From NCBI GenBank assembly GCA_000004985.1, contig GG738910.1: DNA of 64,000 nucleotides. One strand, given 5' to 3'. A program made the position numbers and the translations under genes. Under the pieces are notes generated by a model. That model had not been told where the DNA came from. It searched no databases and was given only the letters and a program-made list of their open reading frames with translations. This DNA is from Naegleria gruberi. Taxonomy: Eukaryota. The first letter of the stretch is position 1. Each line of letters begins with the position of its first letter. Positions 1-10,633 of the stretch are shown one piece after another.

Positions 1-1492
1 CAAGTTGTTTTACAATCTTTGGGTAGACCTTTGAGTTTCTAGAGTGATTTCCACATAAAACTCCAAATGGCATATCTGATATAACAACATCAATGCTTTC
101 ATTTCTAAAAGGTAAGAATCTAGAATCACAATTTAAAATATGAATATTTCTGTTTTTGCTGCAATTATCCTTCATAGCACTCACTTCATCTAGATTGAAA
201 TCAATATTATAAAGTTGAACTTTAGGATCATTATCAGTGAAGAGATAATTAAGTGAGAGCGAAAGAGTACCACTTCCTGCAAATGGATCAACAAAAGTAA
301 CTAATTGTGATTGTTGGAATAATTTGTCGCGTAAAATTGAATTTTCCATCAATAAAGTTTTCCAAAGCATGTAGCTTGTTTGAGGTTTCAAGGTAGATTT
401 TCCGTAGGTTAATCTAATATCTTGTTTAGTGTATGAATAAATCAAATCACATGAATTCAATACATTCAATTCGTCCTCACTGAGATTACTATCAATAACT
501 TGATTGTTCAAAGAAAAATGTCTAATTTTCAATTCTTCTAAAGCATGTAATGGAGGGGACAATAGCATTCCTATAAACACTCTATCAATATCCAAATAAA
601 TTAAAATGTCAAGGTCATACTTTTTCAGGTTAACCTTCATGTCCTTACAAATTGTTTCTCCAATTCCGTATCCATACTCGGCGGCCATATCCATTGATTT
701 GTAGTCATGCTTCAAAATACTTGTTTGTTTTCTTACACCAGTAGCCCTAAAGTTGGTATCCTTGGAATAAAGGTTTTGTTTTTCAAACTTTTTGCAATAT
801 AATTTTTCGAATAGTTCAAAAGATTGTTTCCATGCTTGAGTATCTTGCTCTCTTTTTGGTATAGTTTCTGCAAATATTGGCATTGCAGTCTCTTTATCAA
901 AAGGTATATCAGGAACAATGCAAATAAATGAATACACAAAATCAATACTAGGAATAGCATTTAAATGGCAGACTAAATAAACTAGATTTTCCATAAATAA
1001 ATTATTATCACTTCCTTTAGAAGAAACATTAAATATTAATAATCCATTTCTAGAATATAAAAATTCAATTTCAAATAAATTAGAAAAATTAATAAATGTC
1101 ACTTTGTGACTCTCACTCAAAGTTTTTAGCTCGTTTGGTACCGAGTTTTCCACCTTTTTCATAAATTTACCAGCAATAGTTGTTGGATAATCGTGGACCC
1201 TAATTTTCGGATTTAATTTTTCATACCAATTAAATTGCAAATTTGAGTCAAAGAGTGAAAGAATTTCATCCTTCACAATTTGTTCAAAGCCATGTGTATG
1301 ACTCACAAGAAAAGTGTGTTCTTGTTTCTGTTGTTCATTTGAATGGCATGCAGACCTTGTCAAAATAGGATGATATACCTCTCCGCAATGTCCCATAGCA
1401 TCTGGTGGAAGTGGTTGTTTTTCCTTTTTCTTCTTCTTTTGTGATGAAGGGAATTTATTTTGTGTGGTATTGTTGCCTTCTTGATTTACCAT
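1..1492 (-). CDS. SAM-dependent (N-methyl)transferase with N-terminal THUMP-like region, copy A; ATG at 1492..1490, open reading frame continues past window start (3' ~190 nt missing)
   Basis: Continuous minus-strand ORF from ATG (MVNQEGNNTTQNKFPSSQKKKKKEKQP...). Motif I DPFAGSGT and motif IV DMPFG are seen in the paralogous copy at 44.5-44.9 kb. It is ~97% nt-identical to 42975-44885 but lacks that copy's 465-bp insert, frameshift and stop. It is not in the ORF track because it has no stop inside the window. Confidence 0.55.
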   Translation of the reverse strand, partial: MVNQEGNNTTQNKFPSSQKKKKKEKQPLPPDAMGHCGEVYHPILTRSACHSNEQQKQEHTFLVSHTHGFEQIVKDEILSLFDSNLQFNWYEKLNPKIRVHDYPTTIAGKFMKKVENSVPNELKTLSESHKVTFINFSNLFEIEFLYSRNGLLIFNVSSKGSDNNLFMENLVYLVCHLNAIPSIDFVYSFICIVPDIPFDKETAMPIFAETIPKREQDTQAWKQSFELFEKLYCKKFEKQNLYSKDTNFRATGVRKQTSILKHDYKSMDMAAEYGYGIGETICKDMKVNLKKYDLDILIYLDIDRVFIGMLLSPPLHALEELKIRHFSLNNQVIDSNLSEDELNVLNSCDLIYSYTKQDIRLTYGKSTLKPQTSYMLWKTLLMENSILRDKLFQQSQLVTFVDPFAGSGTLSLSLNYLFTDNDPKVQLYNIDFNLDEVSAMKDNCSKNRNIHILNCDSRFLPFRNESIDVVISDMPFGVLCGNHSRNSKVYPKIVKQL

Positions 1493-1525
1493 TATTTTTA
1501 ATTTTAAAAATTACAAAACAAAGAC

Positions 1526-4444
1526 ATGTTTTCTTTTCAGAGGTGCCTCTCTCCATCCTCATCAAACAACGGATCTGCAAGTGGCAGTTTTGTGAGGTGT
1601 GCTGAGACTTTGGAATTTATTCATAATAATTATAGAAAAGTAAAAAACACATCTTCCGGCCAGGAATCAAATACTCAGCCTTTTATTAATAATATTCAAA
1701 ATGTTGCTGGTCATTTTGCATTACATTTGTTTGGTGGTAAATTAATTATTGGTCTTGATAATATTCCTTTTTCGAGGCAAAATAATTCATCACAATTATA
1801 TTCTACGTTAATAGATTTATTTCAAACAAAAGATTTTTCAATATTTAATCAAAATCAACCACTTTCTCCCATGCTATGTTGTTATGACAAGGATGGATTC
1901 ATATATTCGGGATTTGAAATTAAAGAAGAGGTATCGGAACAATCTAGTGGATATAACTTTGGTTCTAGTTTTATTAAAGATTTGACCGTAGTAAGATTTA
2001 TCACGATCAATAGAAGTGGACAAGTAATTATTTGGAGATACCATGAAGATAGTACTGCATGGAAGGTTGAAAACATTTTTAATTTAATTGGAGGAAGTAC
2101 AAGTGTAAAAATTGAATATGCAACCGTACTAAGTTCATCAAGAACAATTATCTACAGGACGAGCAGTTCCCTAAATGGATCTGAAAATATTTTAAACATG
2201 CATTCTACTAACCATGGGAATTCATCATTCGTTTTTAGTAGAAGTAGACAAGAGGATAACCTCTTACATATTATTGAGTCTAAAAATTCTACAAATACTA
2301 CCAACATTCTAATAATTACAAAATCGAATATTTATTTATTTGATATTAAAAATAAGAAAGAAGTTTCACACTTAAAGAATATCAAGAAATTTTCTGAGAA
2401 TGAGAAGATAGACCCATCTATTATTTATTACTTATCCATAATAATTCATCCAATCACGAAAGAAGTAATTATTCTTGATTCTACATTTACAGTTTCTATT
2501 TATTCACACGATTTGAAAATTCACAAGAAATTAAACATCAAGGTGAATCAAAATTGTAAAAATTTGAATAGGGTACAAACATGTCTAATCCATAACACTT
2601 TCCTAGCATTTTATGACTCAAGCAGCAACATGTCTATTTATGATTTATTTAGTGGGTGTTTGATTTCAACAGTTATGATACCAAGTGACTTTACATTTGG
2701 AGAAAACTCCACAGTCACCTTGCTTGGAAATGGTTGCTTGAATTTAACTATTGAACAATCATTTACACTGTATTTATATGGTAAATCTCTTATTTATGAG
2801 CTGAAGTGTCCCCCATTGACTGAAATAATCAAGGCTAGCTCATTAACATCTAATTCTAGTCATAGCTATAATCACTTGCTGAAAGAATTCAAATTATTTC
2901 ATATTTACTGTAAAAATATAACCGAAGATATGCACAACAGCCCTAATAAGGTTACTGCAAATGTCAAGCAGTCTATTTCCCATCATTTAGAAAATCCATC
3001 TCTAGTTTGGACTTCTTGCACCACACTCCTTGAACAATCTAATAACTTAAATGATTCCGACCAATTTATTGATAACTATCCACCAATTAATACCTCTTTT
3101 TGGAAAAATAGAGTTGATAATCAGCAAAACTCAAGTAATACTCATAACTCATCTTCCTCTAATCAATCATTCAGTAGATTGACTCCATTGAATATGAGTT
3201 TAGTTCCTCCTCTTTATCAATCTTCATCTATTTGTAAAGATCAAATTTCAAATTTGGATATTTTAAAAGATTTTTCTAAATCACCAACACAATTAGAAGA
3301 TGAAATTGATTTTGATAATCTGACAGATATCGAGCTGTATGATCTGATTGAGACCAATCCATCCAAACTTTTATTACATTTGTTCAAAATTTGTGACTTG
3401 AATGAATTGAAAGCTATACTTGATAAAGGTACTACCAATGTAGATGCACCTAATATTTATGGATTACAATTGCCCTCTATGGAAAGTATGAAACCAATTA
3501 CAACTTTGATGAATTTCTATGAACAAAATTATGAAGAGAATATCAATCCACTTGATCTTTATAGAGTTGAGGAGAATAGAAATGAAGACTATGTAGTTTA
3601 CCAAAATAAGGTGTTTAACGCTTTGGAGCCAAAGAGAAATGCCAACCACACACGAAAGGGACTATTGTACATTGAAATATTGATCAAGACATTATTCTTC
3701 CATTGTGATTGCCCTCAAATAATTTTAATTCTAATCATAATGATGGAGGATTACAAATTAAAAGAATTGAATATTAGAAGGGAGCAATTGAAACAAGAAA
3801 TCGAGAACATCTCAAAGAAAAAATCACCTAATACTGCATCCTCATCAAATTTGACAACTACAACCAAAAACTATCAAATGGAACAATTCAATTTACAAAA
3901 TCTTCAAACGGAATATCAAGAGATTAATACAAAGCTGAAAAATAGTCTAAAACAAAAGTACAGTAAGGAAATTCAGAACATTATTGACTTCTCTCAAGAA
4001 GTAATGACACCACTCTCAGAAATGCAATTAAAAACACTTGCTCAACTCTATTTGTGGCAAGGTGAAAAATTGCATGCCCTTAGACTCTACATTGCACACA
4101 ATATAGAGGAACAAATCATCAAATTAATATCCTCCTACTATCTCAATCAACAAGGCAGTTTCCCAATTGAGGAGCAATATCAACTGTTGAATTTGCTCTT
4201 TGAGTACTGTCTCTCTGTGAAATGTTCTCCAACAGCAAAGGAAACACTCCTATCATATGCTTGGCAATTGATGCCACTCTCATACAGTGTTTTTGATTTC
4301 TTTTCCAAATACAGATCCGAGAGAATATTATCGGATAGTAATGGCAAAGTTTTTACCTCAGATGACGAAACAGTTGGTCAATATCTACAAGGATTACAAT
4401 CTTTCACCAACATGAAATTAAAGCTTGCCACACAAATGAAATAA
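1526..4444 (+). CDS. large (972 aa) Asn/Ser-rich hypothetical protein; possible beta-propeller N-half and alpha-solenoid C-half, function unknown
   Basis: Uninterrupted ORF from a real ATG at 1526, only 33 bp from the divergent start of the methyltransferase gene. Rare codons (TCG, CGG, ACG) suggest low expression. I recognised no diagnostic motif. Confidence 0.45.
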   Translation: MFSFQRCLSPSSSNNGSASGSFVRCAETLEFIHNNYRKVKNTSSGQESNTQPFINNIQNVAGHFALHLFGGKLIIGLDNIPFSRQNNSSQLYSTLIDLFQTKDFSIFNQNQPLSPMLCCYDKDGFIYSGFEIKEEVSEQSSGYNFGSSFIKDLTVVRFITINRSGQVIIWRYHEDSTAWKVENIFNLIGGSTSVKIEYATVLSSSRTIIYRTSSSLNGSENILNMHSTNHGNSSFVFSRSRQEDNLLHIIESKNSTNTTNILIITKSNIYLFDIKNKKEVSHLKNIKKFSENEKIDPSIIYYLSIIIHPITKEVIILDSTFTVSIYSHDLKIHKKLNIKVNQNCKNLNRVQTCLIHNTFLAFYDSSSNMSIYDLFSGCLISTVMIPSDFTFGENSTVTLLGNGCLNLTIEQSFTLYLYGKSLIYELKCPPLTEIIKASSLTSNSSHSYNHLLKEFKLFHIYCKNITEDMHNSPNKVTANVKQSISHHLENPSLVWTSCTTLLEQSNNLNDSDQFIDNYPPINTSFWKNRVDNQQNSSNTHNSSSSNQSFSRLTPLNMSLVPPLYQSSSICKDQISNLDILKDFSKSPTQLEDEIDFDNLTDIELYDLIETNPSKLLLHLFKICDLNELKAILDKGTTNVDAPNIYGLQLPSMESMKPITTLMNFYEQNYEENINPLDLYRVEENRNEDYVVYQNKVFNALEPKRNANHTRKGLLYIEILIKTLFFHCDCPQIILILIIMMEDYKLKELNIRREQLKQEIENISKKKSPNTASSSNLTTTTKNYQMEQFNLQNLQTEYQEINTKLKNSLKQKYSKEIQNIIDFSQEVMTPLSEMQLKTLAQLYLWQGEKLHALRLYIAHNIEEQIIKLISSYYLNQQGSFPIEEQYQLLNLLFEYCLSVKCSPTAKETLLSYAWQLMPLSYSVFDFFSKYRSERILSDSNGKVFTSDDETVGQYLQGLQSFTNMKLKLATQMK

Positions 4445-4627
4445 AACATTGAGGTGATGATGAATTAACTAAGACAATCTTTATCATCACCTTGTTCAAT
4501 TTTTTTAATTGGAAGTTTCATTGCCGCCAACGGTGCACTTCGGTTTGCGAAGAAACAACTTGCGCTTGTAATATGGCTTGTTAGATGTTGGTCAGGTATT
4601 GAAAAAAAATTCCTCATCATCTTTAAC

Positions 4628-6307
4628 ATGTCTGTTCGTGAATTTTCTCCACTCTTCAGTTGGGGTTTTTCTCTTCGTCGTTCCAAGTGGTTGATTCCAC
4701 TCTTTAATAATAACGTCTTTAGTTTCGGTACAAGTGCTGTGAATGATGGACCATATGGATACAAAAAGAGTAACAATAACCGTAGAGAAAAATCAACTAG
4801 TACAATTAATCATAAGGAGTCACACACAATGCTCAAAACAAAAGTAGAAGGAAGTGATTTGTTTGAAACGTAGGTATCTTGTTTTCTTTTTTATTAATTA
4901 TGTAGTCCTATTCAAGTTGTGACTGAGATCGGTAACAATACCTGCTCTGTCAGAATTACTCACGAAGATAGTGAAGATATCAAACAAAAGGAATTAGAAC
5001 AAAGGAGAAGAGAACAAGAAGAAATTAAACGAAAGGAACTTGAAAGATACAGACAATTATCGGATGGAGCTATCATTGATTTGATTGAAGGTGGTAAGCT
5101 TGCCATTTACAACCTGGAAGATAAACTTGGTGACAAGAAACGTGCTGTAAAAATTCGTAGAATGTTCCTTGCATCAAAAATTAATCCACAAGATGAAAAT
5201 CTTCTTGATAACCTTCCATATGCTCATGATTTAAATTACGACCAAGTTTTTGGAGCTTGTTGTGAAAGCGTTGTCGGATATGTTCCATTGCCAGTCGGTA
5301 TTGTTGGTCCAATTATTATTGATGGAAAGCCATATCATATTCCAATGGCTACTGTTGAAGGATGTTTGGTTGCCAGTACTCACAGAGGTTGCAAGGCCCT
5401 TTCCAGTTCTTTTGAAGGAGGTGTAAACAGCGTCATTTTGAGCGACGGAATGACTAGAGGTCCAGTTGTTCAATTTGCCAACACAAAGAGATGTAACGAG
5501 CTTAAACAATTCATTGATAATCCAGAAAATTTCAAGGAATTATGTAGAGTTTTTAACAGTGATTCTCGTTTTGCTAGATTGTTGGAAGTTAAAGTTGGTA
5601 TTGCTGGTAGAAAGGCATTCTTGAGATTCAAGTGCCGAACTGGTGATGCTATGGGAATGAACATGATTTCAAAAGCAACACAAAAGGCTCTTAAATTCTT
5701 GAAGAATGAACACTTCCAAGATATGGACATTTTAAGTTTGAGTGGTAACTATTGTACAGATAAGAAGCCATCAGCAATGAATTGGATTGAAGGTAGAGGT
5801 AAATCCGTTGTTGTTGATGCTACCATTCCAAAGGATGTTGTGAAGAATGTTCTTAAGACTACAGTTGATGAAATTGTCAGTCTCAATATATCTAAGAATT
5901 TAATTGGTAGTGCTATGGCTGGTTCTGTTGGTGGTTTCAACGCTCATGCTGCCAATATCGTGACAGCAATCTTTTTGGCTACTGGTCAAGATGCTGCCCA
6001 AAATGTGGAAAGCTCGAATTGTATGACTATTATGGAAAAGACTGATAATGGTGATTTATATGTCTCTGTGACAATGCCATCTATTGAAGTAGGTACAGTT
6101 GGTGGTGGTACTCACTTGGATGCTCAAAAGACTTGTTTGAAGATTATTGGTGTTGCTGGTGCAAACCAAGAAAATCCAGGTCAAAATGCTCAAACCCTTG
6201 CCAAATGTGTTGCTAGTACTGTAATGGCTGGAGAACTTTCTCTCATGGCTGCTCTTGCTGCTGATCACTTGGTGTCTGCTCATATTGCTCACAACAGAAA
6301 GAAATAA
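4628..6307 (+). CDS. hmgr: HMG-CoA reductase (class I catalytic domain) with a short non-membrane N-terminus; model join(4628..4869,4906..6307), 36-nt intron GTAGGT..TGTAG
   Basis: The catalytic-domain ORF 4919..6307 starts at GTG. The upstream ORF 4628..4873 (real ATG) ends at a stop that lies inside GTAGGT. Splicing to TAG|TCC at 4905/4906 restores the frame. Conserved HMGR blocks seen: CCESVVGYVPLPVG, MATVEGCLVAST, DAMGMNM, GTVGGGT. There is no room for a sterol-sensing membrane domain between 4444 and 4628. Confidence 0.8.
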
Positions 6308-6584
6308 TCAATTCCAAAATTTTGTAACAACAATAAATCCTAATTATTAATTAAAATACGAGTAAACATGTTGTATCCATTAGAAGATAAAGTATTAATG
6401 TGAAGATAGAAAATCCAGCAGAGAGTATGTTTAATTTGGCTTTTTGTTGATTTTTATTCACCAATATCCAAAAAATAACCTATTCCCAAATACAATAACC
6501 CTCATTCTCTAAATGATTTTCGCCCAATAGTGATTCTTCATCTTAATATTTTTGAATGTGATTTTTTAACCAATTCTCAATAGT

Positions 6585-8154
6585 ATTAGTAAAGATAAGA
6601 AAAAAATTAGGAGATTCGAATAGGTATATAATTTTTGTAGGACTACACTACAAATCTAGGGTGAAAAATAGCTTTTTAGCTTGGTCAATAGAATTTTCGC
6701 TGGAGGAATGGATCCACTTGACAAATTGTCGACCGCTCTCTATGGTTTTGAGATTGTTCCAAGTTCGCTATTTTCAAAACTCTTGCAAAATTAATGTAGT
6801 GTAGTTGACAATTTGAGCAACAGGCAAAGTTGATTCATTAACAATATCTCAATCCTTGAGCTTTTAATGTGTTTGTTTTAATTAATATATATTTTATTAT
6901 TTTGTGAATTTAAAAACATGTTGTTTTCCAAAACCACTATTTTATCTCAGTAAACCTCGATAGGAACATAAATTGTTGAAAAATGATTATGATGATACAA
7001 CTGACCTTTTTTTGATTACTCATATTACACGTTTTCAAATTCAAATTCAGTCTGTAAAGTTATAAGACAACTCTGTAAAATAATTTCATTTCAATTACAG
7101 ACCACTGTTATAAAGGGTCTACTGGATTAACAATAATTGAAACCTTCTTTAATAGCTGATCCAATTCTAAAACTACGTCAATTCCATTGTGATCGGAAAT
7201 ATTATAAATCCAATTAATTATCATTTAAAAATGTTTCCTCATATTCAATCAGAATTCAACATTACAATTCTTTTTTTCTAAATAATTCTAAACAGTCAAA
7301 CACATAACGGTTATTTTATTGGGATTTTGTTTAACAATGAATATTCATTTCCTATATGAAAACTACAATAACAATACCAATTTCAAATTAAGTTATCTAA
7401 ATCAAGTATGTTGTATTCTTTTTAGCAAATTTTAATATTCTTTCATATCACTAGATCGTTTCTGATCTTCCTTTTGATCTCTAATATCATTAAGCACCTC
7501 ACTACATTCTTTATCTTTCCGTCTTATCCTTGTGGATCTTATCAGTCATGGTGTTCTTGATGGTGTTTATATTATCTGAAGTAGAAATACTGGTAGAACT
7601 AACCGAATCATCTAATTGGCTTTTGTTATATTCATGCAATGAATGAGATGATGGTGATAAAAGTGGTTCTACTGTATCATTGTCATCATCTTCATCACTT
7701 TCAGCATAAAACGTCTCTTGTACTTCTTTAAAATCAGTAGAGGTAAAGTATTAAGACAGAAACGTAGAACATTTGATCATTTCAAACACTTTCTTATCAA
7801 CTACCTTAAAGGTTGTAGATTAAATCTATTTCAGTATCAAACAAACACCGCATTAGCCTGATAACTTTAGATTAATAAGGTCTTCCTATTGTATTAAATT
7901 TTTCCTTTTTTTGTTTCTTCTTTTTGTTTGTTACATTGTAAATTAATAAAAACAAGATTGAGAATAAGTAATTATACTAATGGATATTAAAGCTCAAAGA
8001 CTGTTTCATCTTTAAGGTGATTCAGCACTGAGAACTGCTTTAACGGATATAAATCTTTATTAGCAGGTCCCGAGATTAATAAATATGGCTCTTATAAAAA
8101 AACTTATCAATAGTATTAGTAAAGATAAGAAAAAAATTAAGAGATGCGAATAGG
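6585..8154. repeat. pair of ~48-bp direct repeats (tcaatagtattagtaaagataagaaaaaaatta[g/a]gagat[t/g]cgaatagg) ~1.5 kb apart inside a gene-free stretch (coordinates approximate +/-3)
   Basis: The same 48-mer with 2 mismatches occurs at ~6585-6632 and ~8107-8154. A short inverted repeat (ggactacactacaaat / atgtagtgtagttg) lies nearby at ~6641 and ~6793. Confidence 0.5.
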
Positions 8155-8665
8155 ACGGTCTAAACATAGCTCCCCAAAGCTTTACGAAAATAATAAAAGG
8201 AATTATGGTCTTTATTTACATAAACGACATCCTTTTAGTGGAAATTTGTTCAATTTGGTACTAGAAAATCTCCGAACGTTAATAACAGACTTAAAATTCC
8301 TTAGATGGCTTCTTCAAGGGAAATCAGTTCTAATTCCAACTCAAACTATTCAGTTTCTGGGCATCCTCTTCGATTTAGAAAATGGGAAAATTCTAATTCC
8401 AGAAGACAAGAAAGTAATAGCTATGGATATCATGGACAAACTAATCTTAGCAGAATCTCAAAGATCTCTGTTAAACTTAAGATTCGTCGCCAAATTCATA
8501 GGAAAAATGGAGTTCCTAGCATTAGCAGAACCAGCAATCATGTCATTCCTAGACAGATTAAGAAAGCAAATGTGTAATCGGGTGGAAATGAAAGGATGGA
8601 ATGGCATAATGATGATAAATCGTGGTCCTAGGAAAGATTTATGTTTCCTCAAAGAAATCTGGTAA
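8144..8665 (+). mobile_element. degenerate retroelement fragment: ORF resembling the thumb/connection region of an LTR-retrotransposon/DIRS-type reverse transcriptase
   Basis: 173-aa ORF with the spacing pattern FLG-x-x-F-(8)-I-(20)-RFVAKFIGKMEF-LALAEPAIMSFLDRLRK, similar to the gypsy/BEL RT thumb (FLG...SFLGL.NYYRRFI..F..IA.PL..LLKK). It has no ATG and sits in a 4.3-kb region without host genes. It starts immediately after the second direct repeat. Confidence 0.35.
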
Positions 8666-10633
8666 GATTCTGGAACATTACATAAAACTCAGAGACAACA
8701 TGGTGTTCTTCATAGATTATAATAAAAAGAGTAACAAATTGATTAGAGACAAATGGGTTTTAGAGTCAGGTAACTGTTTCACCAAATAAGAACCTGCTTT
8801 GATTAGATAAAAATCTTTATTAGCAATAAAATGTAAAAAACTTGCTAATAGACAATGCTAAAAGCAAGAAAAAACCAAATAAAGTGAAAAAATTAAATTA
8901 AAAAATAATATCCAAAAAGACACTAAGAGTGCTTAATAAATTGCCTCGCTTAATTAATTCACTTACTAAGAAATTAATTGGCGTATAAAAAAGGCTAAAA
9001 TATTTTAAAAACTAATATGGGAGGGATAAGGTGGGACCTATCATTTCTTGCTTAGGAAGTGTCATCTTGTGACAAATTTATTATTACAGGTTTTTTATAG
9101 AGGAGTTGTTCTATTTCAATCTCGATTTTGTAAACAACTATAATGTCAATGACTTTAAAAGCAGCATTTCTGAGCAACATACAGTGTTCTTATTGAAGTT
9201 TACTGAGATAAAGTAGTGTTTTTTGAAAACAACAATTGATTGAAAAATTTTACTCTATTTGTACTGAATATACCTCTTTTCTCATTCTCATTTTGATTCT
9301 TAAGTGTCAAGACGGTTGAGTAGGTTTTTTAATTCTTAACTTTTTGGTTTTTACCGATTTTTTTTTCCTACAAGAGTAGGTTTTTTTATATGAGTTGTTT
9401 TTTCAAAAAACAACTTGGTTTATTGGTAGAACGTATTACTTAAATTTGGTTTATTGAAAGTTTGTTAATAGAATAGGTAGAAGTTGTAGTGTGAACTTTA
9501 TATTCATTAGTTTATTTATTGCTGACTCTGATATTGCAAATCTGTCGATAATGTGGTTCTGAATTCTTTTTCTACCATACTTATCAATTCTGGTGATGAT
9601 TTCTAATCGCTTAAACCGCTTAGTTTGTCTGTAATTTTTCTCTGAGGGAATGTAGATTACTTTTGCAATTCTCGAGCCACATTCTATTTCCAAATTTTCC
9701 TTGCTATTTGAGCGAGGTTCGAAAGTTCCATATCTTTTTCTTATGTATGAGAGCGGCAGTTGAATTGGCCCTTCCTATTTCAAGATAGAGCTTTTGTGAT
9801 CTTGCTTCTGAAGAATTGAAGAATTGCCATCATTTCTTTCGAATCGATATGATCGTTGGTGTGAGATCTTCCTATAACAACAGTGTTTGAGGAGTGGACG
9901 CCATATCCTTGAGGAGAAGCATCTGAATTGACTATAATTGGGAAAGGTTGATTTAGATATAGGAGAGAACCTTTTGAGTTTGAACTGATCTACAGTTTTT
10001 TGCACCTTAAAACAATTTAATTATTAACAATAATGTAGATTTAGAAAAGAAGACATTGTTAATGAATTCGTCAACAATCATAAAGATAAAACAAAGAATT
10101 GGAATGATTTTATCTCAATTTCATCAACGAGAAAGGAGTTTCTTAAGATGTATATTGTGTCACTGGTATTGTTATTGCTTATCTTGATTGTTTTCAGCCA
10201 GCAAGAGTAATGCTCAATCCAATTTATACATTTGCAGCAGAGAAAGTTTTATGATGATGACGGGAAGGAAGTTGTTACCTCTCCGATGTTCTTGAGTTAA
10301 GACCTGTTTGGAAAGCTCTTCAACAATGGAGAAAAATTCTGACTTTTCAAAATTTAATAAGTTACTTGGATTCTATGTATCCTCACAAGATCTTGAAGTT
10401 TAATTGATTTGGAGAATAATGTTCGAACTATTCAAAGCAACAACACCCAACAACACTAACAATCAAAGTATGAATGTACAACAAGAAATAATGTTTAAAT
10501 CAACTCCTTTCTGTCAATGTAAATGTATTTACTAACCAAAGCAATGTCAATTTAAAACAATGATTGAGGTAATTTAATCATTTAGGAAGTTTAAGATGAT
10601 CTGAAAAATTATCTTTACTCGAAAATTTGTAAT

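Noticed and set aside
733-960. 75-aa ORF nearly identical to ORF 43461..43688 (MLFLVLILCIHLFALFLIY...)
   Set aside because: Both are alternative-frame ORFs lying inside the two copies of the duplicated methyltransferase gene. Their identity merely reflects the segmental duplication.
9700-9760. GGTTCGAAAGTTCC resembling a tRNA T-arm
   Set aside because: It lacks the GGTTCGAATCC consensus, and no acceptor/D/anticodon stems can be drawn on either strand. I found no tRNA or rRNA genes in the window.
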